From: Candidatus Multivorans sp. | Lineage (GTDB): Bacteria; Acidobacteriota; Thermoanaerobaculia; Multivoradales; Multivoraceae | DNA: 64,000 nucleotides | Assembly: GCA_965247095.1 (NCBI GenBank) | Contig: OZ251997.1 | Location: forward strand, 1,792,001 to 1,856,000 | Reading direction: 5' to 3' | Part shown: positions 51,821-62,291 of the stretch, in pieces | Position numbering within the stretch: the stretch's first letter is position 1 | Layout of the letters: every line of letters starts with the position of its first letter | Made by a program: the position numbers and the translations under genes | The notes under the pieces: model-generated | Told to the model about the DNA's origin: nothing | The model's database searches: none | The model's input: the letters and a program-made list of their open reading frames with translations, nothing else

Positions 51821-53127
51821 TCACATCCCCCACACCGAGATCACCGCATCCCCGGCAACCCCCTCGCGCCGAAAGATCTTCTCCCGCCACGGTCGTTCCT
51901 CCGAGCGGTCGAAGATGACGAGATGCCCGGCCTCGGCGGCACATCGGTCCATGTACGCCGTGGTCTGTTCGATACCTTCGCTGATCGTGCGATCCAGGCT
52001 TTTGCGGAGGATCTTGCACTCGATCACGAACTTCTGCGTCCTGTTCGCCTGAGGCCAGACGACGAGGAGATCGGTGCGGCCCCGGCCCAGACCGTACTCC
52101 CGTTCGATTCGCCCGCCGCCGTTCACGATCCGCTGCAGGAACGCCTGCAGCAAGAGTTGGGGGCCGGCTTCCCGGTAGTCGAATCGCGCCACCCGGTGCT
52201 CGGAGTGCTCTCGGAAAAAGTCCTGGAACACGCCGAGCAGTTTGAAGAGATCGAGACCGCCGTTCTCGTCGACATACCACGCGGTCTCCTGCACCAGGCC
52301 TTCCTGGGCGGCGTAGGTCAGCTCGCGCGGAACGACTTCGGCGTAGATCGGGTTTGCCATCCGCATGGGCCCATCTCGCGCGATCAGGCCCAGGTCGCGG
52401 ACGTACTCGATGTCATGGGCGGAGAAGCAGCGCTCGTCGCCCCCGCTCAGCAGCGGTCCGACCACCGACCGCACCCGCTCTTCCTGGAGCTTGTCCGCGA
52501 GTTGGTCGAGGTGGGTTTCGCGGCTCAGGATGAGCTGTTCCTGCGCGTCCAGGACGGCTTCCGCCGTCACCGGATTCGTCCCATAGCGGCCCTGGTCGTC
52601 ACGAGGACACGCCCGGTAGGCAAGCGCGTTGACGAGCCAAGGCTGCCCACGCGTCTGCCTCCAGACTGTCTCCAGCGCCTCCGGCGTGAATCGCTGTCCG
52701 GTCTCGTCGGTGTGCTGCGTCAGAAGAGAACGCACTTCCCGCTCAGTGAAGTCTCCGAGACGCAAGGACTCTGCCTTGATGTTGAAGGCGCTGCCGCCGG
52801 TGATGATCGCCCTCTCGGCGCTCGAGTGGATGCGGTAGTCGCGCACGTCGCGGACGCCGCAGAGGACGACGCTGTGGGGAAAGTGCGCGGGCCGGTCCAC
52901 GTAGCCGGCCCGCAACTGACGCGGAAGTCCCCGCACTCTCCTTCGTTCAGGAGATCGCGCAACGCCAGGAGTGCGGTCGTCTTTCCCGTCTGCCTCGGCG
53001 CGTGCAGCACGAAGTACCGCTTGTCCCGGACGAGAGTCAACACATGGCCGAGCCGCAGCCGCTCCAGAGGCGGCACGTAGTAGTGGTCCGCCGGAACGAT
53101 GGGGCCGGTGGTATTGAAGAAGCGCAC
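51821..53127 (-). pseudogene. AAA ATPase with PD-(D/E)xK-like C-terminus, frameshifted near 52920
   Basis: MRFFNTTGP...HAPRQTGKT in one frame, RQLRAGY...GRTDL...IECK in another; no Walker B between them. Confidence 0.85.
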
Positions 53128-53194
53128 CTCTGGAGTATCGCACTCCGGCCCAGCGCCCGCTCCCTCAGGAACCGGGCCGCGAGTCGCGGAGCGC

Positions 53195-53416
53195 TCAGTC
53201 GGCGTCGCGGTTCGCTCTGGCGGGAGGCCGCAATCCGGTTCCCAGAGCGCCGAACCACAGCTTGAACATCTCCTGCGGATCGGCGTACTTCAGGTTGGCG
53301 GTCATGCGATCCCGGAACTTCTCCAGCATCTCGTTCTGGATCCCCGCCAGATCGGGAAGGCCGAGAAAGGCGCGTGCCTCCTCCGGGGTGCAGTCGATGT
53401 CCAGTTTGATCTTCAA
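53195..53416 (-). CDS. DUF6489-like small protein
   Basis: KI..DIDCTPEEARAFLGLPD; TTG start after AAGGAG. Confidence 0.8.
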   Translation of the reverse strand: MKIKLDIDCTPEEARAFLGLPDLAGIQNEMLEKFRDRMTANLKYADPQEMFKLWFGALGTGLRPPARANRDAD

Positions 53417-53612
53417 GGGTTCTCCTTCGTCCGAGTTGTGTCCGGCCAGCGGGCCGGCCACGGCCGGTCCTGGGAATGAGACGCCTGCCTGCGGCAGGCG
53501 ATCGCTAGCATACGACCGGCTGTAGCCACACCGGCCCGCGATTCGACACCGAGGGGAAACCGAGCATGAACCAATACCCTGGCTTCAACCGGACCGGCGC
53601 TCTGCGCCGGAT

Positions 53613-53637
53613 GCGGGCAGGATGCCCGCGTTCCCAG
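53613..53637. repeat. REP-like palindrome
   Basis: GCGGGCA-GGA-TGCCCGC followed by GTTCCCAG; single copy in this window. Confidence 0.4.
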
Positions 53638-53658
53638 GTCCAGAGCCTGCGTCGTCCT

Positions 53659-55461
53659 GTGGCGCCAGCTCCCAAGGCCGCCATTCGCGCTCCCTTGATC
53701 CTGACCGCCTGCCTGCTCGCCATCGGGGGCGGTCTCCACGCTCAGTCTCCGGCAACGGTGATCCAGGGCGCCCGCGTATTCACCGGAGACGAGGTGCTCA
53801 ATGCCGCCACTGTCGTGATCCGCGGCCGCACGATCGAGTCGGTCACACCGGGCGCCAACATTCCGGCGGGCGCCGGCGACGAGGCCGAGGTCGTCGAGGC
53901 TCAGGGCATGACCCTGCTGCCGGGGCTGATCGACAGCCACACGCACAACTTCGGACCGTCGCTCGAGCAGGCGCTGAACTTCGGCGTCACGACCGTCGTC
54001 GACATGGCGACCGACGCCAACATGGCCCGCCAATGGCGCCGCCAACAGGCCGAGGGCAGAGCCACCGAACGGGCTGATGTCTTCGCGGGCGGCCCAGTCA
54101 CGGTGAAGGGCGGTCACGGCACGCAGTTCGGCATGTCGTTGCCGACCCTGGACGACCCGGAAGAGACCGAGGCGTTCATCGCAGAACGGGTGGCCGAAGG
54201 CTCCGACTTCATCAAGGTCATCTATGAAGGCGGCGGGACGGTCGGTAGGGCCATCCCCACCTTCGCCCCCTCCACCCTGCCCCGCATCGTCGCCGCCGCC
54301 CACAGTCACGGCCAGTTGGCGGTCTTTCACATCAGCACCGTCGCCGAGGCGTTTGAGGCGATTCGTGCCGGCGCCGACGGTCTGGTCCACGTCTATCACG
54401 ACCAGAAGGGCACCGCGGAAGTGGTCGAAGCAGCTCGGTCCGCCCGGATCTTCGTGATTCCCACACTGGCCGTGTCCGAGACGCTCGCTGGCAGCAGCGG
54501 CGGACCGGATTTTGCGGGCGACCCGCAAATCGCGCCCTTCCTGACTCCCGATCAGCGCGGCGGGCTGGGCCAGGGCTTCGGCCGCGAGCCGGATCCCGAG
54601 ATGAGGGCGAACTTGATCAGCAGCGTCGCAGCCCTCTATTCTTCCGGTATACCGATCCTGGCGGGCTCCGACGCACCGAACCCGGGCACCACCCACGGGG
54701 CCAGCGTCCACCGGGAACTCGAACTCCTGGTCGAGGCCGGTCTGACGCCGATCGACGCCCTGCGCGCGGCCACGTCCGCACCCGCCAACGCGTTCGGGCT
54801 CGACGATCGCGGCCGGATCGCGGCCGGACTCAAGGCAGACCTGATCCTGGTCCGGGGCGATGCGACCTCCGATGTCCGCGTCGTCCGCGATCTGGTGACG
54901 ATCTGGAAAGACGGCGTGCGCGTCGAGCGCCGGCTGGCCGAAGAGCCGACCGGCAGGCGCCAGATCGATCCCACGCTGCTCAGCGACTTCGAGGGTCTCG
55001 ACGGAAACGCTCTTCCCGGCAGCGCTTGGGCTCGATCCACGGACGCTCTGGCCGGCGGCAAGTCGACGGTCGAGACGACGATCACGAGCCGCGGCGAGGC
55101 CGGCAGCGCGCTCCGGATCGAGGGCGAGATCAAGGAGGGTTTCCCCTTCCCATGGTCCGGAATCATGGTCCTGCTCGGTTCCCAGTTTAACGACCCGGTC
55201 GACGCCGGCGGCATCCGCGCCCTGGCCTTCGATGCCCGCGGCGATTGCGAGACCTGCCAGGCCATGGCCTTTGCCGAGAGCCTCGGCATGAGGCCCGCGG
55301 CCACGTCCTTCCAGGCCGGGGAGGAATGGACCCGGATCGAGATTCCACTCGCCTCCTTCGCGGGTCTGGATCCTGCTGGCGCGTCTGCCTTCTTCATCGG
55401 CGGCCCTACCGAGCACGGCACCTTCTGGCTGGAAGTCGACAACGTCGAGTTGGTGGAGTAG
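53659..55461 (+). CDS. Secreted amidohydrolase with C-terminal CIA30/CBM-like domain; start uncertain (53566 possible)
   Basis: PGLIDSHTH, DFIK, AGSDA, GRIAAG..ADL. Confidence 0.88.
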   Translation: MAPAPKAAIRAPLILTACLLAIGGGLHAQSPATVIQGARVFTGDEVLNAATVVIRGRTIESVTPGANIPAGAGDEAEVVEAQGMTLLPGLIDSHTHNFGPSLEQALNFGVTTVVDMATDANMARQWRRQQAEGRATERADVFAGGPVTVKGGHGTQFGMSLPTLDDPEETEAFIAERVAEGSDFIKVIYEGGGTVGRAIPTFAPSTLPRIVAAAHSHGQLAVFHISTVAEAFEAIRAGADGLVHVYHDQKGTAEVVEAARSARIFVIPTLAVSETLAGSSGGPDFAGDPQIAPFLTPDQRGGLGQGFGREPDPEMRANLISSVAALYSSGIPILAGSDAPNPGTTHGASVHRELELLVEAGLTPIDALRAATSAPANAFGLDDRGRIAAGLKADLILVRGDATSDVRVVRDLVTIWKDGVRVERRLAEEPTGRRQIDPTLLSDFEGLDGNALPGSAWARSTDALAGGKSTVETTITSRGEAGSALRIEGEIKEGFPFPWSGIMVLLGSQFNDPVDAGGIRALAFDARGDCETCQAMAFAESLGMRPAATSFQAGEEWTRIEIPLASFAGLDPAGASAFFIGGPTEHGTFWLEVDNVELVE

Positions 55462-55474
55462 CTACAATCGCCGA

Positions 55475-56695
55475 ATGTCTGAAGGGTCCTCGCCGGAGAC
55501 AGTCGCCCGCGGCCCGCTACACGGCATTCGCGTTCTCGACTTCACCAGCTTCATCGCCGGCTCTTACGGCGCCATGCTGCTCGGCGACATGGGCGCCGAC
55601 ATCCTGAAGATCGAATCGCTCCACGGCGACAACGCACGCCACTGGGGGCCATTCATCGAGGGCGAGAGCCGGAGTTTCCAGGCCTGGAACCGGAACAAGC
55701 GTGGCATCGCGGTCGATCTGAAGACCGCGGAAGGCAGGCAGGTGGTCTACGACCTGACCCGGGAAGCCGACGTGGCGATGGAGAACTTCCGGCCCGGAGT
55801 CGCAGCCAGACTGGGCATCGACTACGACACGTTGAGCAGCCGCAACCCGGCGCTGGTCTACGCCTCCTCCAGCGCCTTCGGCGGCAGCGGACCGTACACC
55901 CAGCGCCCGGGGTACGACCCGGTGCTGCAGTCGATGGCCGGCGCCGCGCACCTGCAGCAGAAGATGAACGGCGTCGCCGGCATCTGTCCGGTGGCGGTTT
56001 CGGACTACATGGCCGCTGTGCTGCTCGTCTGCTCCATCAACGCCGCGCTCCTCCACCGCGAACGCACCGGCGAAGGCCAGTACATCGAGACCTCGCTGCT
56101 GCAGGCGATCATGAGCGCACAGGCTCAGTTCTACATCCAGCCACTCGATGCCGAAGCCACTGGACCGCCGGGGATCTTCCCGTACCGCATGTTCGCCGCC
56201 GCCGACGGCCCCATCTTCATCGCCGCCGGAACGGACAAGTTCTGGCGACTGCTGTGCGGTGCGATCGGCCGTGACGACCTCGGCGACGATCCACGCTACG
56301 AGACGAACCCGCAACGGGTCGGCAACGCCGCCAAGCTGAGTGCGGAGATCGATCCGATCATCGCCTCAAGGCCGGCGCGCGAGTTGGAAGCGGAGCTCAT
56401 CGAGGTCGGTGTTCCATGCGCCGCGGTCCGGTCGGCGGACGAGTTCTTCGACGATCCCCAGGTCGAGGCGATGGGCATGAGTCAGGTCATCCAACACCCG
56501 AAGATCGGCAACCTGCGGATGGCGGGCGTGCCGTGGCGCTTCTCCCGCACCCCGGCATCCATCCGGAGGCCCGCCCCGTGCCTGGGCGAACACACCGACG
56601 AGGTGCTTGCCGAACTGGGCTACGACACCGAGCGAATCGCCTCGCTCGAGGCCTCCGGCGCCGTGGGGCGCGTCGACGAAACGAACGGCGGCTGA
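55475..56695 (+). CDS. CaiB/BaiF CoA-transferase
   Basis: GPLHGIRVLD, NRNKR, ENFRPG, PGYD. Confidence 0.95.
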   Translation: MSEGSSPETVARGPLHGIRVLDFTSFIAGSYGAMLLGDMGADILKIESLHGDNARHWGPFIEGESRSFQAWNRNKRGIAVDLKTAEGRQVVYDLTREADVAMENFRPGVAARLGIDYDTLSSRNPALVYASSSAFGGSGPYTQRPGYDPVLQSMAGAAHLQQKMNGVAGICPVAVSDYMAAVLLVCSINAALLHRERTGEGQYIETSLLQAIMSAQAQFYIQPLDAEATGPPGIFPYRMFAAADGPIFIAAGTDKFWRLLCGAIGRDDLGDDPRYETNPQRVGNAAKLSAEIDPIIASRPARELEAELIEVGVPCAAVRSADEFFDDPQVEAMGMSQVIQHPKIGNLRMAGVPWRFSRTPASIRRPAPCLGEHTDEVLAELGYDTERIASLEASGAVGRVDETNGG

Positions 56696-56732
56696 TGGCG
56701 GTCTCCGGCGCCTCCGCCGATCCGGCAGCGGC

Positions 56733-59045
56733 GTGACGACGGCAGCCCACCACCGGGATCGGGGGCCGCGCGTGGCGGGTTCAGGGCGCACGGTTCCATC
56801 CCGTGTCGTCCTGGTGGGCGCCGGACACACGCATATTCAGGTGCTGCGGCACTGGATCATGCGTCCCAACCCGGCGGTCGACGCCACCCTCGTCGTCGAC
56901 ACGCCAATCGCCGTCTACTCCGGGATGGCGCCCGGCCTGGTGGCCGGCCAGTACCAACGCCACGAACTGGAGATCGACGCCGTGCCGCTGGCGCGCAGGG
57001 CCGGAGTCCGGGTGGTCCTGGCGCCGTGCATCGGGGTCGAGGCCGCGGCGCGGCGGCTCCTGGTCTATGGTCGCGAACCCCTGCCCTTCGACCTGGCGTC
57101 CTTCGACGTGGGCGCCACGGTGGCCGCGCTCGACCTGCCCGGGGTCCGCGAGCACGCGGTTCCCACGCGGCCCATCAACCGCCTGGCGTCGGCGGTCGAC
57201 GGTCACATCGAGGCCCTGACCGTCAAACAGCCGAAGGTGGTTGTCGTCGGTAGTGGCGCCGGCGGTATCGAACTGGCCTTTTGCATCGACGCGCGGCTGC
57301 GAAGCCGGGGACTCGAACCGGGAACGACGATCGTCGAGGCGGGCGACGGCATCCTGCCCGGCTATCACCCATCCCTGGCGCGCCGGATCGAAGCCGCGGC
57401 CCGCACGCGCGGCATCGAGATGCTCTTCAGCGCCAAGGTCACCGCAGTCGAGGCGGACTCGGTTCGACTCGAAGGCGGCGATCGCCTCGAGGCCGACCTG
57501 ACCTTCTGGGTCACGGGCGCCGCCGCGCTGCCGATCTTCCGCGACTCCGACCTGCCGCTCGACGAGCGCGGCTTCGTGCGCACGCGATCGACCCTGCAGG
57601 TCGAGGAGCACGACCACATCTTCGCCGTCGGCGACTGCGCGACCCTGACCGACCACCCCCAACGCGCCCGTGCCGGCGTCTACGCGGTGCGCATGGGGCC
57701 CTATCTCATCGACAACCTGGAGCGGCGCCTCAGCGGGCGGCGGCTCCGCCGCTACAAGCCGCAGGGCGACTTCCTTTCGCTGCTCAATCTCGGCGATGGA
57801 ACGGCTGCAGGCGCCAAGTGGGGACGCACGTTCGAGGGCAGGTGGGTCATGCGTCTGAAGGACCGGATCGACCGCCAGTTCATGGACCGCTTCCAGGCGC
57901 TCGATCCGGGGGGCGCGCCCAGACCCTGGCTCGCCGCCATGACCCAGGCGGAGGGCAACGGCGGCGGAGGCGCCATGGGCCACGCGGGCGGAGGCGAAGC
58001 GGCGCCCATGTTCTGCGGCGGCTGCGCCGCGAAGGTCGGGCCCGATCGCCTCGCCAGGGCGCTCGCGCGGGCGGGCCTGGTCGCGAAGACCGGCCAGAGA
58101 GCCGACGTGATCCTGGATGTGGCCACCCCCGACGACGCCGTGGCGTACCGGACACCGGCCGGCGACCGGGTCGTCGCTTCGCTCGATGCCTTTCCCGCCT
58201 TCACCGACGACCCATGGCTCGTTGGACGAGTAGCCGCGGTCAACGCCTGTTCCGATCTCTACGCCACCGGCATAGTACCCCGGGTCGCCCAAGCCCTGGT
58301 CACCCTGCCCCAGACCGCGGACGGCGAGGCAGCGGAGGAACTGCTGGTCCAGGTCCTCGCCGGCGCCCGCGCGGCCCTGGATGCCGAGGACGTGCTTCTG
58401 CTCGGCGGCCACACGAACACCGGGCCCGAACTGGTCGTCGGCTTCCACGTCGAGGGAGTCGCCGGGAACGGCCACGACCTGCTGCTCAAGGGCGCGGTCC
58501 AGCCGGGTGACGAACTGGTGCTGACCAAGCCGCTCGGCTGCGGCGTCCTGCTCGCTGCCGATCGCATGGGCCTGTGCCCGGGTCGCTCAATCCGCGCCGC
58601 TCTCGCCTCGATGCAGACCAGCAACCGCGGCGCGATGGAGGCGGCCCGGCGCTCCGGGGTCCGGGCGGCAACCGACATCAGCGGCTTCGGTCTCGCCGGC
58701 CACATCGGCGAGATGGCCCAGGCCAGCGGTGTCGACATCGAGGTCGATGTCGATGCTCTCCCTGCCCTACCCGGCGCCCTGGAATTGCTGGAACGCGGCG
58801 AGCGCAGCACGAGTCACCACCAGAACACCCGCCTGCCGCTGCCCGTGAAGCGCCAGGCGTTGCCGGGGCCGCGGCTGGAATTGGCCTTCGACCCGCAGAC
58901 CGCGGGCGGTCTGGTGCTGGCGGTCGAACCGGGTCGGAGCGGAGGCCTGGTCGACGATCTACGCTCCCAGGGACTCGCTTCGGCGCGTGTGGTCGCACGA
59001 GCCCGGCCAGCGCGCTCGGAGCGCCCGCAGTTGATCCTTCGCTAG
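56733..59045 (+). CDS. selD: Selenide,water dikinase fused to an N-terminal FAD/NAD oxidoreductase; start approximate
   Basis: LVGAGHTH, GSGAGG.E, FAVGDC; CGGCAAK, DDA, GGHT, TDISGFGL.GH, DPQTAGGL. Confidence 0.9.
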   Translation: MTTAAHHRDRGPRVAGSGRTVPSRVVLVGAGHTHIQVLRHWIMRPNPAVDATLVVDTPIAVYSGMAPGLVAGQYQRHELEIDAVPLARRAGVRVVLAPCIGVEAAARRLLVYGREPLPFDLASFDVGATVAALDLPGVREHAVPTRPINRLASAVDGHIEALTVKQPKVVVVGSGAGGIELAFCIDARLRSRGLEPGTTIVEAGDGILPGYHPSLARRIEAAARTRGIEMLFSAKVTAVEADSVRLEGGDRLEADLTFWVTGAAALPIFRDSDLPLDERGFVRTRSTLQVEEHDHIFAVGDCATLTDHPQRARAGVYAVRMGPYLIDNLERRLSGRRLRRYKPQGDFLSLLNLGDGTAAGAKWGRTFEGRWVMRLKDRIDRQFMDRFQALDPGGAPRPWLAAMTQAEGNGGGGAMGHAGGGEAAPMFCGGCAAKVGPDRLARALARAGLVAKTGQRADVILDVATPDDAVAYRTPAGDRVVASLDAFPAFTDDPWLVGRVAAVNACSDLYATGIVPRVAQALVTLPQTADGEAAEELLVQVLAGARAALDAEDVLLLGGHTNTGPELVVGFHVEGVAGNGHDLLLKGAVQPGDELVLTKPLGCGVLLAADRMGLCPGRSIRAALASMQTSNRGAMEAARRSGVRAATDISGFGLAGHIGEMAQASGVDIEVDVDALPALPGALELLERGERSTSHHQNTRLPLPVKRQALPGPRLELAFDPQTAGGLVLAVEPGRSGGLVDDLRSQGLASARVVARARPARSERPQLILR

Positions 59046-59104
59046 CGCCGCCGGGGGTCCACAGAACACGCAAGTAAGGCGTAAATCGTGCTACGCTCCG
59101 CCTC

Positions 59105-60232
59105 ATGATTGCCGCCGACGGCGCCCTCGGCGTTTCACCGCGGCCCGCCACTGCGCCGGCCGGAGCGGTGCGCGGCCGCGGCGCCGCCGCCAACCCGAGG
59201 AACCGCTTCGAACGGATCGATATCGACTTCGAGCCGGGCGAGAGCCCGGCCGAACGAGGCGATGCTCCGCCGACGGAACTGTTCCGCGACGACTCGAAGA
59301 CGGTCCTGTCGCGAAACGACTCGCCGGATCTCGGCTTCCAGTACAGCCTGAATCCGTACCGCGGCTGCGAGCACGGCTGCATCTACTGCTATGCGCGGCC
59401 CACGCACGAGTACCTCGGCTTCTCCGCCGGGCTCGATTTCGAGAGCCGGATCCTGGTCAAGGAAAGAGCGCCCGAATTGCTGCGCCGAGCCCTGGAGAAC
59501 CCCCGCTGGACGCCCCAGGTCATCATGCTCTCCGGCGTCACCGACCCCTACCAGCCGATCGAGCGGCGGCTCCGAGTCACCCGCCGGTGTCTGGAGGTGC
59601 TGGCCGAGTTCCGCAACCCGGTAGCGATCGTGACCAAGAACCATCTTGTGACCCGCGACCTCGACCTGCTCCTGGAACTCAACCGCTTCCAGGCCTGCGC
59701 CGTCCACCTGTCGATCACCTCGGTGTCGCCGTCGCTTTCGGCCCGCATGGAGCCCAGGGCTTCGAGTCCACGGCGGCGGCTGGAAGCACTGCGCGAACTG
59801 AGTGAGGCCGGCATTCCCTGCGGCGTGATGGCGGCGCCGATCATCCCTAGTCTCAACGACGACCAGATCCCGGCCATCCTGGAGGCGGCCGCCGAGGCCG
59901 GCGCCCGGCGAGCGGGCTACATCCTGGTCCGGCTGCCGCACGGTCTTCGAGAACTCTTCGCCGACTGGCTCAGTACGCACTTTCCGGACCGACGGGATCG
60001 GGTTCTGAACCGGCTGCGCGAGGCCCGCGACGGCGACCTCAACGACCCCCGCTTCCACCACCGCATGAAGGGCAGCGGAGAGTACGCCGGGCAGATCGGT
60101 CGCCTGTTCGAGACCGTTCGGCGTCGAGTCGGGCTCGAAGGCGGCCGGAGCGGCCGCACGGGAAGCCCATCGGCAGCCTCGTTCCGGCGCCGGACTGCCC
60201 AGCGAACCCTGTTCCATCCGTGCGCCCGATGA
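59105..60232 (+). CDS. PA0069-family radical SAM protein
   Basis: NPYRGCEHGCIYCYARP and TDPYQP. Confidence 0.93.
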   Translation: MIAADGALGVSPRPATAPAGAVRGRGAAANPRNRFERIDIDFEPGESPAERGDAPPTELFRDDSKTVLSRNDSPDLGFQYSLNPYRGCEHGCIYCYARPTHEYLGFSAGLDFESRILVKERAPELLRRALENPRWTPQVIMLSGVTDPYQPIERRLRVTRRCLEVLAEFRNPVAIVTKNHLVTRDLDLLLELNRFQACAVHLSITSVSPSLSARMEPRASSPRRRLEALRELSEAGIPCGVMAAPIIPSLNDDQIPAILEAAAEAGARRAGYILVRLPHGLRELFADWLSTHFPDRRDRVLNRLREARDGDLNDPRFHHRMKGSGEYAGQIGRLFETVRRRVGLEGGRSGRTGSPSAASFRRRTAQRTLFHPCAR

Positions 60233-60528
60233 CGGGCGCACGGACTGGTTCACGGGTGGCGCGGGTCGCGCCACCCGGGTTCGAGAACCCCCCGCCGCCG
60301 CCGACGCCGTCATGACCGGCGGCAGTTACAATGGACAATGGGACCCGGTCCCTACTTGGGTCTGAGACCGCTCGCTGCTACAATGCGCGTCCGCTCGACG
60401 GCGGCAACGGGCCCCTGGAACAGTTGAAACGATAGGTACGCCGGTCGGAGTCGACCCTCGGCAGGCTGATCGGCTCGCTGCCTCCACGCCCATCGATCGG
60501 CAAAGCAAACAGGAAATCGGGGAGACAG

Positions 60529-61122
60529 GTGAAGTTCAACGGGCCCAAGGTCAAGCTCTCGCGCAAGCTGGGCGTCGCTCTGACGTCCAAGGCCGCGCGC
60601 TACATGGAAAAGAAGAGCCATCCGCCAGGCATGCATGGCCTGAAGCGGCGACGTCGCCAGAGCAACTTCGGACGGCAGTTGCTCGAGAAGCAGCGGCTGC
60701 GCTTCCAGTACAACGTCAGCGAGCGCCAGCTCCGCAACTACTACAAGCGCGCGACCCGCATGAGAGGGGTAACCGGCGACAACCTCGTCGGCCTGCTCGA
60801 AACCCGGCTCGACGCGGTCGTCCACCGCGCCTTCGCTCCCAGCGTGTTCGCCGCGCGCCAGTTCGTCGGCCACGGTCACATCCTGGTCAACGGGCGCCGG
60901 GTGGACATCCCGTCCTACCGGGTCAAGGAGGGCGACGTCGTCGAGGTACGCGAGAAGAGCAGGAAGCTGCGTTGCTTCAACGAGCCGCGCGGGGTCACCG
61001 TGCCCACCTACGTCGAGACGGACGAAACGGGCTACGAGGCGACGCTTCGCGGCACGCCGGTTCGGGACGAGGTCCCGATCGTGTGCGAAGTGCCTCTCGT
61101 CATCGAGTACTACTCCCGCTAG
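60529..61122 (+). CDS. rpsD: 30S ribosomal protein S4
   Basis: GPKVKLSR, PPG.HG, QLLEKQRLR, LETRLD, ARQFV.HGHI.VNG.RVDIPSY. Confidence 0.96.
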   Translation: MKFNGPKVKLSRKLGVALTSKAARYMEKKSHPPGMHGLKRRRRQSNFGRQLLEKQRLRFQYNVSERQLRNYYKRATRMRGVTGDNLVGLLETRLDAVVHRAFAPSVFAARQFVGHGHILVNGRRVDIPSYRVKEGDVVEVREKSRKLRCFNEPRGVTVPTYVETDETGYEATLRGTPVRDEVPIVCEVPLVIEYYSR

Positions 61123-61142
61123 CGGCAGGCCGAGAGCCGGAC

Positions 61143-61880
61143 ATGCTGCGCATCGCCCCACAACACAAGCGCATCTCGATTCCCACCGTCGCTATCGCTG
61201 CCGCCGCTCTGCTCGCCGGCGGCGGCCCGGCGGCGGCTGCCGGCTTTAGCATCAGCGGCACGGTCACCTACGAAGGCGAGCCGCTCAAGCGCTACCCGCT
61301 GCGCATGGACGCCGACCCGAACTGCGCCGAAGTCTACGACGGCAAACGGGTCCTCTCGCGCGACAGCCTGATCGGAGAGGGCGGCGCGATCGAGAACGTC
61401 TTCGTCTACCTGAAGGAGGCGCCCGAGGGCAACGCCGGCGAAGCACCGGCGAAGGCCGTGCGACTGGAGCAGCGAGGCTGCCTCTACACACCGCGGATTC
61501 TCGGTGTCCGCGTCCAGCAGGACATCGAGATCGTCAACGACGATCCCACGCTTCACAACGTGCGGGCCCTGGCCAAGGCGAACCGGCCGTTCAACATCGG
61601 CCAGCCGGCGCGGGGCACGAGAACCAAGTCGTTCCGGGCGCCCGAGATGCCGATCAAGGTCAAGTGCGATGTCCATCCTTGGATGGCCGCCTACGTGTTC
61701 GTCATGGAGCACTCCTTCCACTCGACCACCGGCAGCGACGGCGCGTACCGGATCGAAGGCTTGCCCGCCGGTTCCTACGAACTCGTCTTGTGGCACGAGA
61801 AGCTGGGCGAGCAGGTGGTCGAAGTCGAGGTAAGCGGCAATGTCGAGGGTCTTGACTTGACCTTCGAAGGCGGCGAGTAG
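61143..61880 (+). CDS. Secreted cupredoxin-like / carboxypeptidase-regulatory-like protein
   Basis: Signal peptide, N.DPTLHNV, KCDVHPWM. Confidence 0.8.
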   Translation: MLRIAPQHKRISIPTVAIAAAALLAGGGPAAAAGFSISGTVTYEGEPLKRYPLRMDADPNCAEVYDGKRVLSRDSLIGEGGAIENVFVYLKEAPEGNAGEAPAKAVRLEQRGCLYTPRILGVRVQQDIEIVNDDPTLHNVRALAKANRPFNIGQPARGTRTKSFRAPEMPIKVKCDVHPWMAAYVFVMEHSFHSTTGSDGAYRIEGLPAGSYELVLWHEKLGEQVVEVEVSGNVEGLDLTFEGGE

Positions 61881-61892
61881 GCGTACGGGAGG

Positions 61893-62291
61893 ATGGCCTA
61901 CGGCGTCCGGAAGATCGCAGGAATAGGTCCGGCCGTCGCCAAGAAACTGGCCACAGCCGACATCCGGACCACGGCCGCGCTCCTCGCCGCCTGTAGCGGC
62001 CGCAGGGAGCGCCGGCTGCTCTCCGAGCGCACCGGCCTGCCCGAGCGGCAGCTCCAGAAGTTCGTCAACATGGCCGACCTGATGCGCATCCGCGGCATCG
62101 GCGGAGACTTTGCCGAACTGCTCGGCGCTTCGGGTGTGCGCACGGTCCGCGATCTGAGCCGTCGCCGCGCCTTCAACCTGGCCACCAAGATGAGCACGGT
62201 GAACGCGGCCCGGAAGCTGAGCCGCCGCGCGCCCTCCGCCTCGATGGTGGAACGCTGGATCACACAGGCCAGGGAACTCAAGGAGGTCTAG
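61893..62291 (+). CDS. DUF4332 (HhH-like) protein
   Basis: I.GIGP and ADLMRIRGIG...AELL...GV.TV. Confidence 0.85.
   Translation: MAYGVRKIAGIGPAVAKKLATADIRTTAALLAACSGRRERRLLSERTGLPERQLQKFVNMADLMRIRGIGGDFAELLGASGVRTVRDLSRRRAFNLATKMSTVNAARKLSRRAPSASMVERWITQARELKEV

Noticed and set aside
39090-53200. CRISPR array near the cas genes
   Set aside because: No regularly spaced 28-37 bp repeats were seen in any intergenic segment.
57990-58040. Selenocysteine recoding in selD
   Set aside because: The active-site codons are TGC; there is no in-frame TGA.
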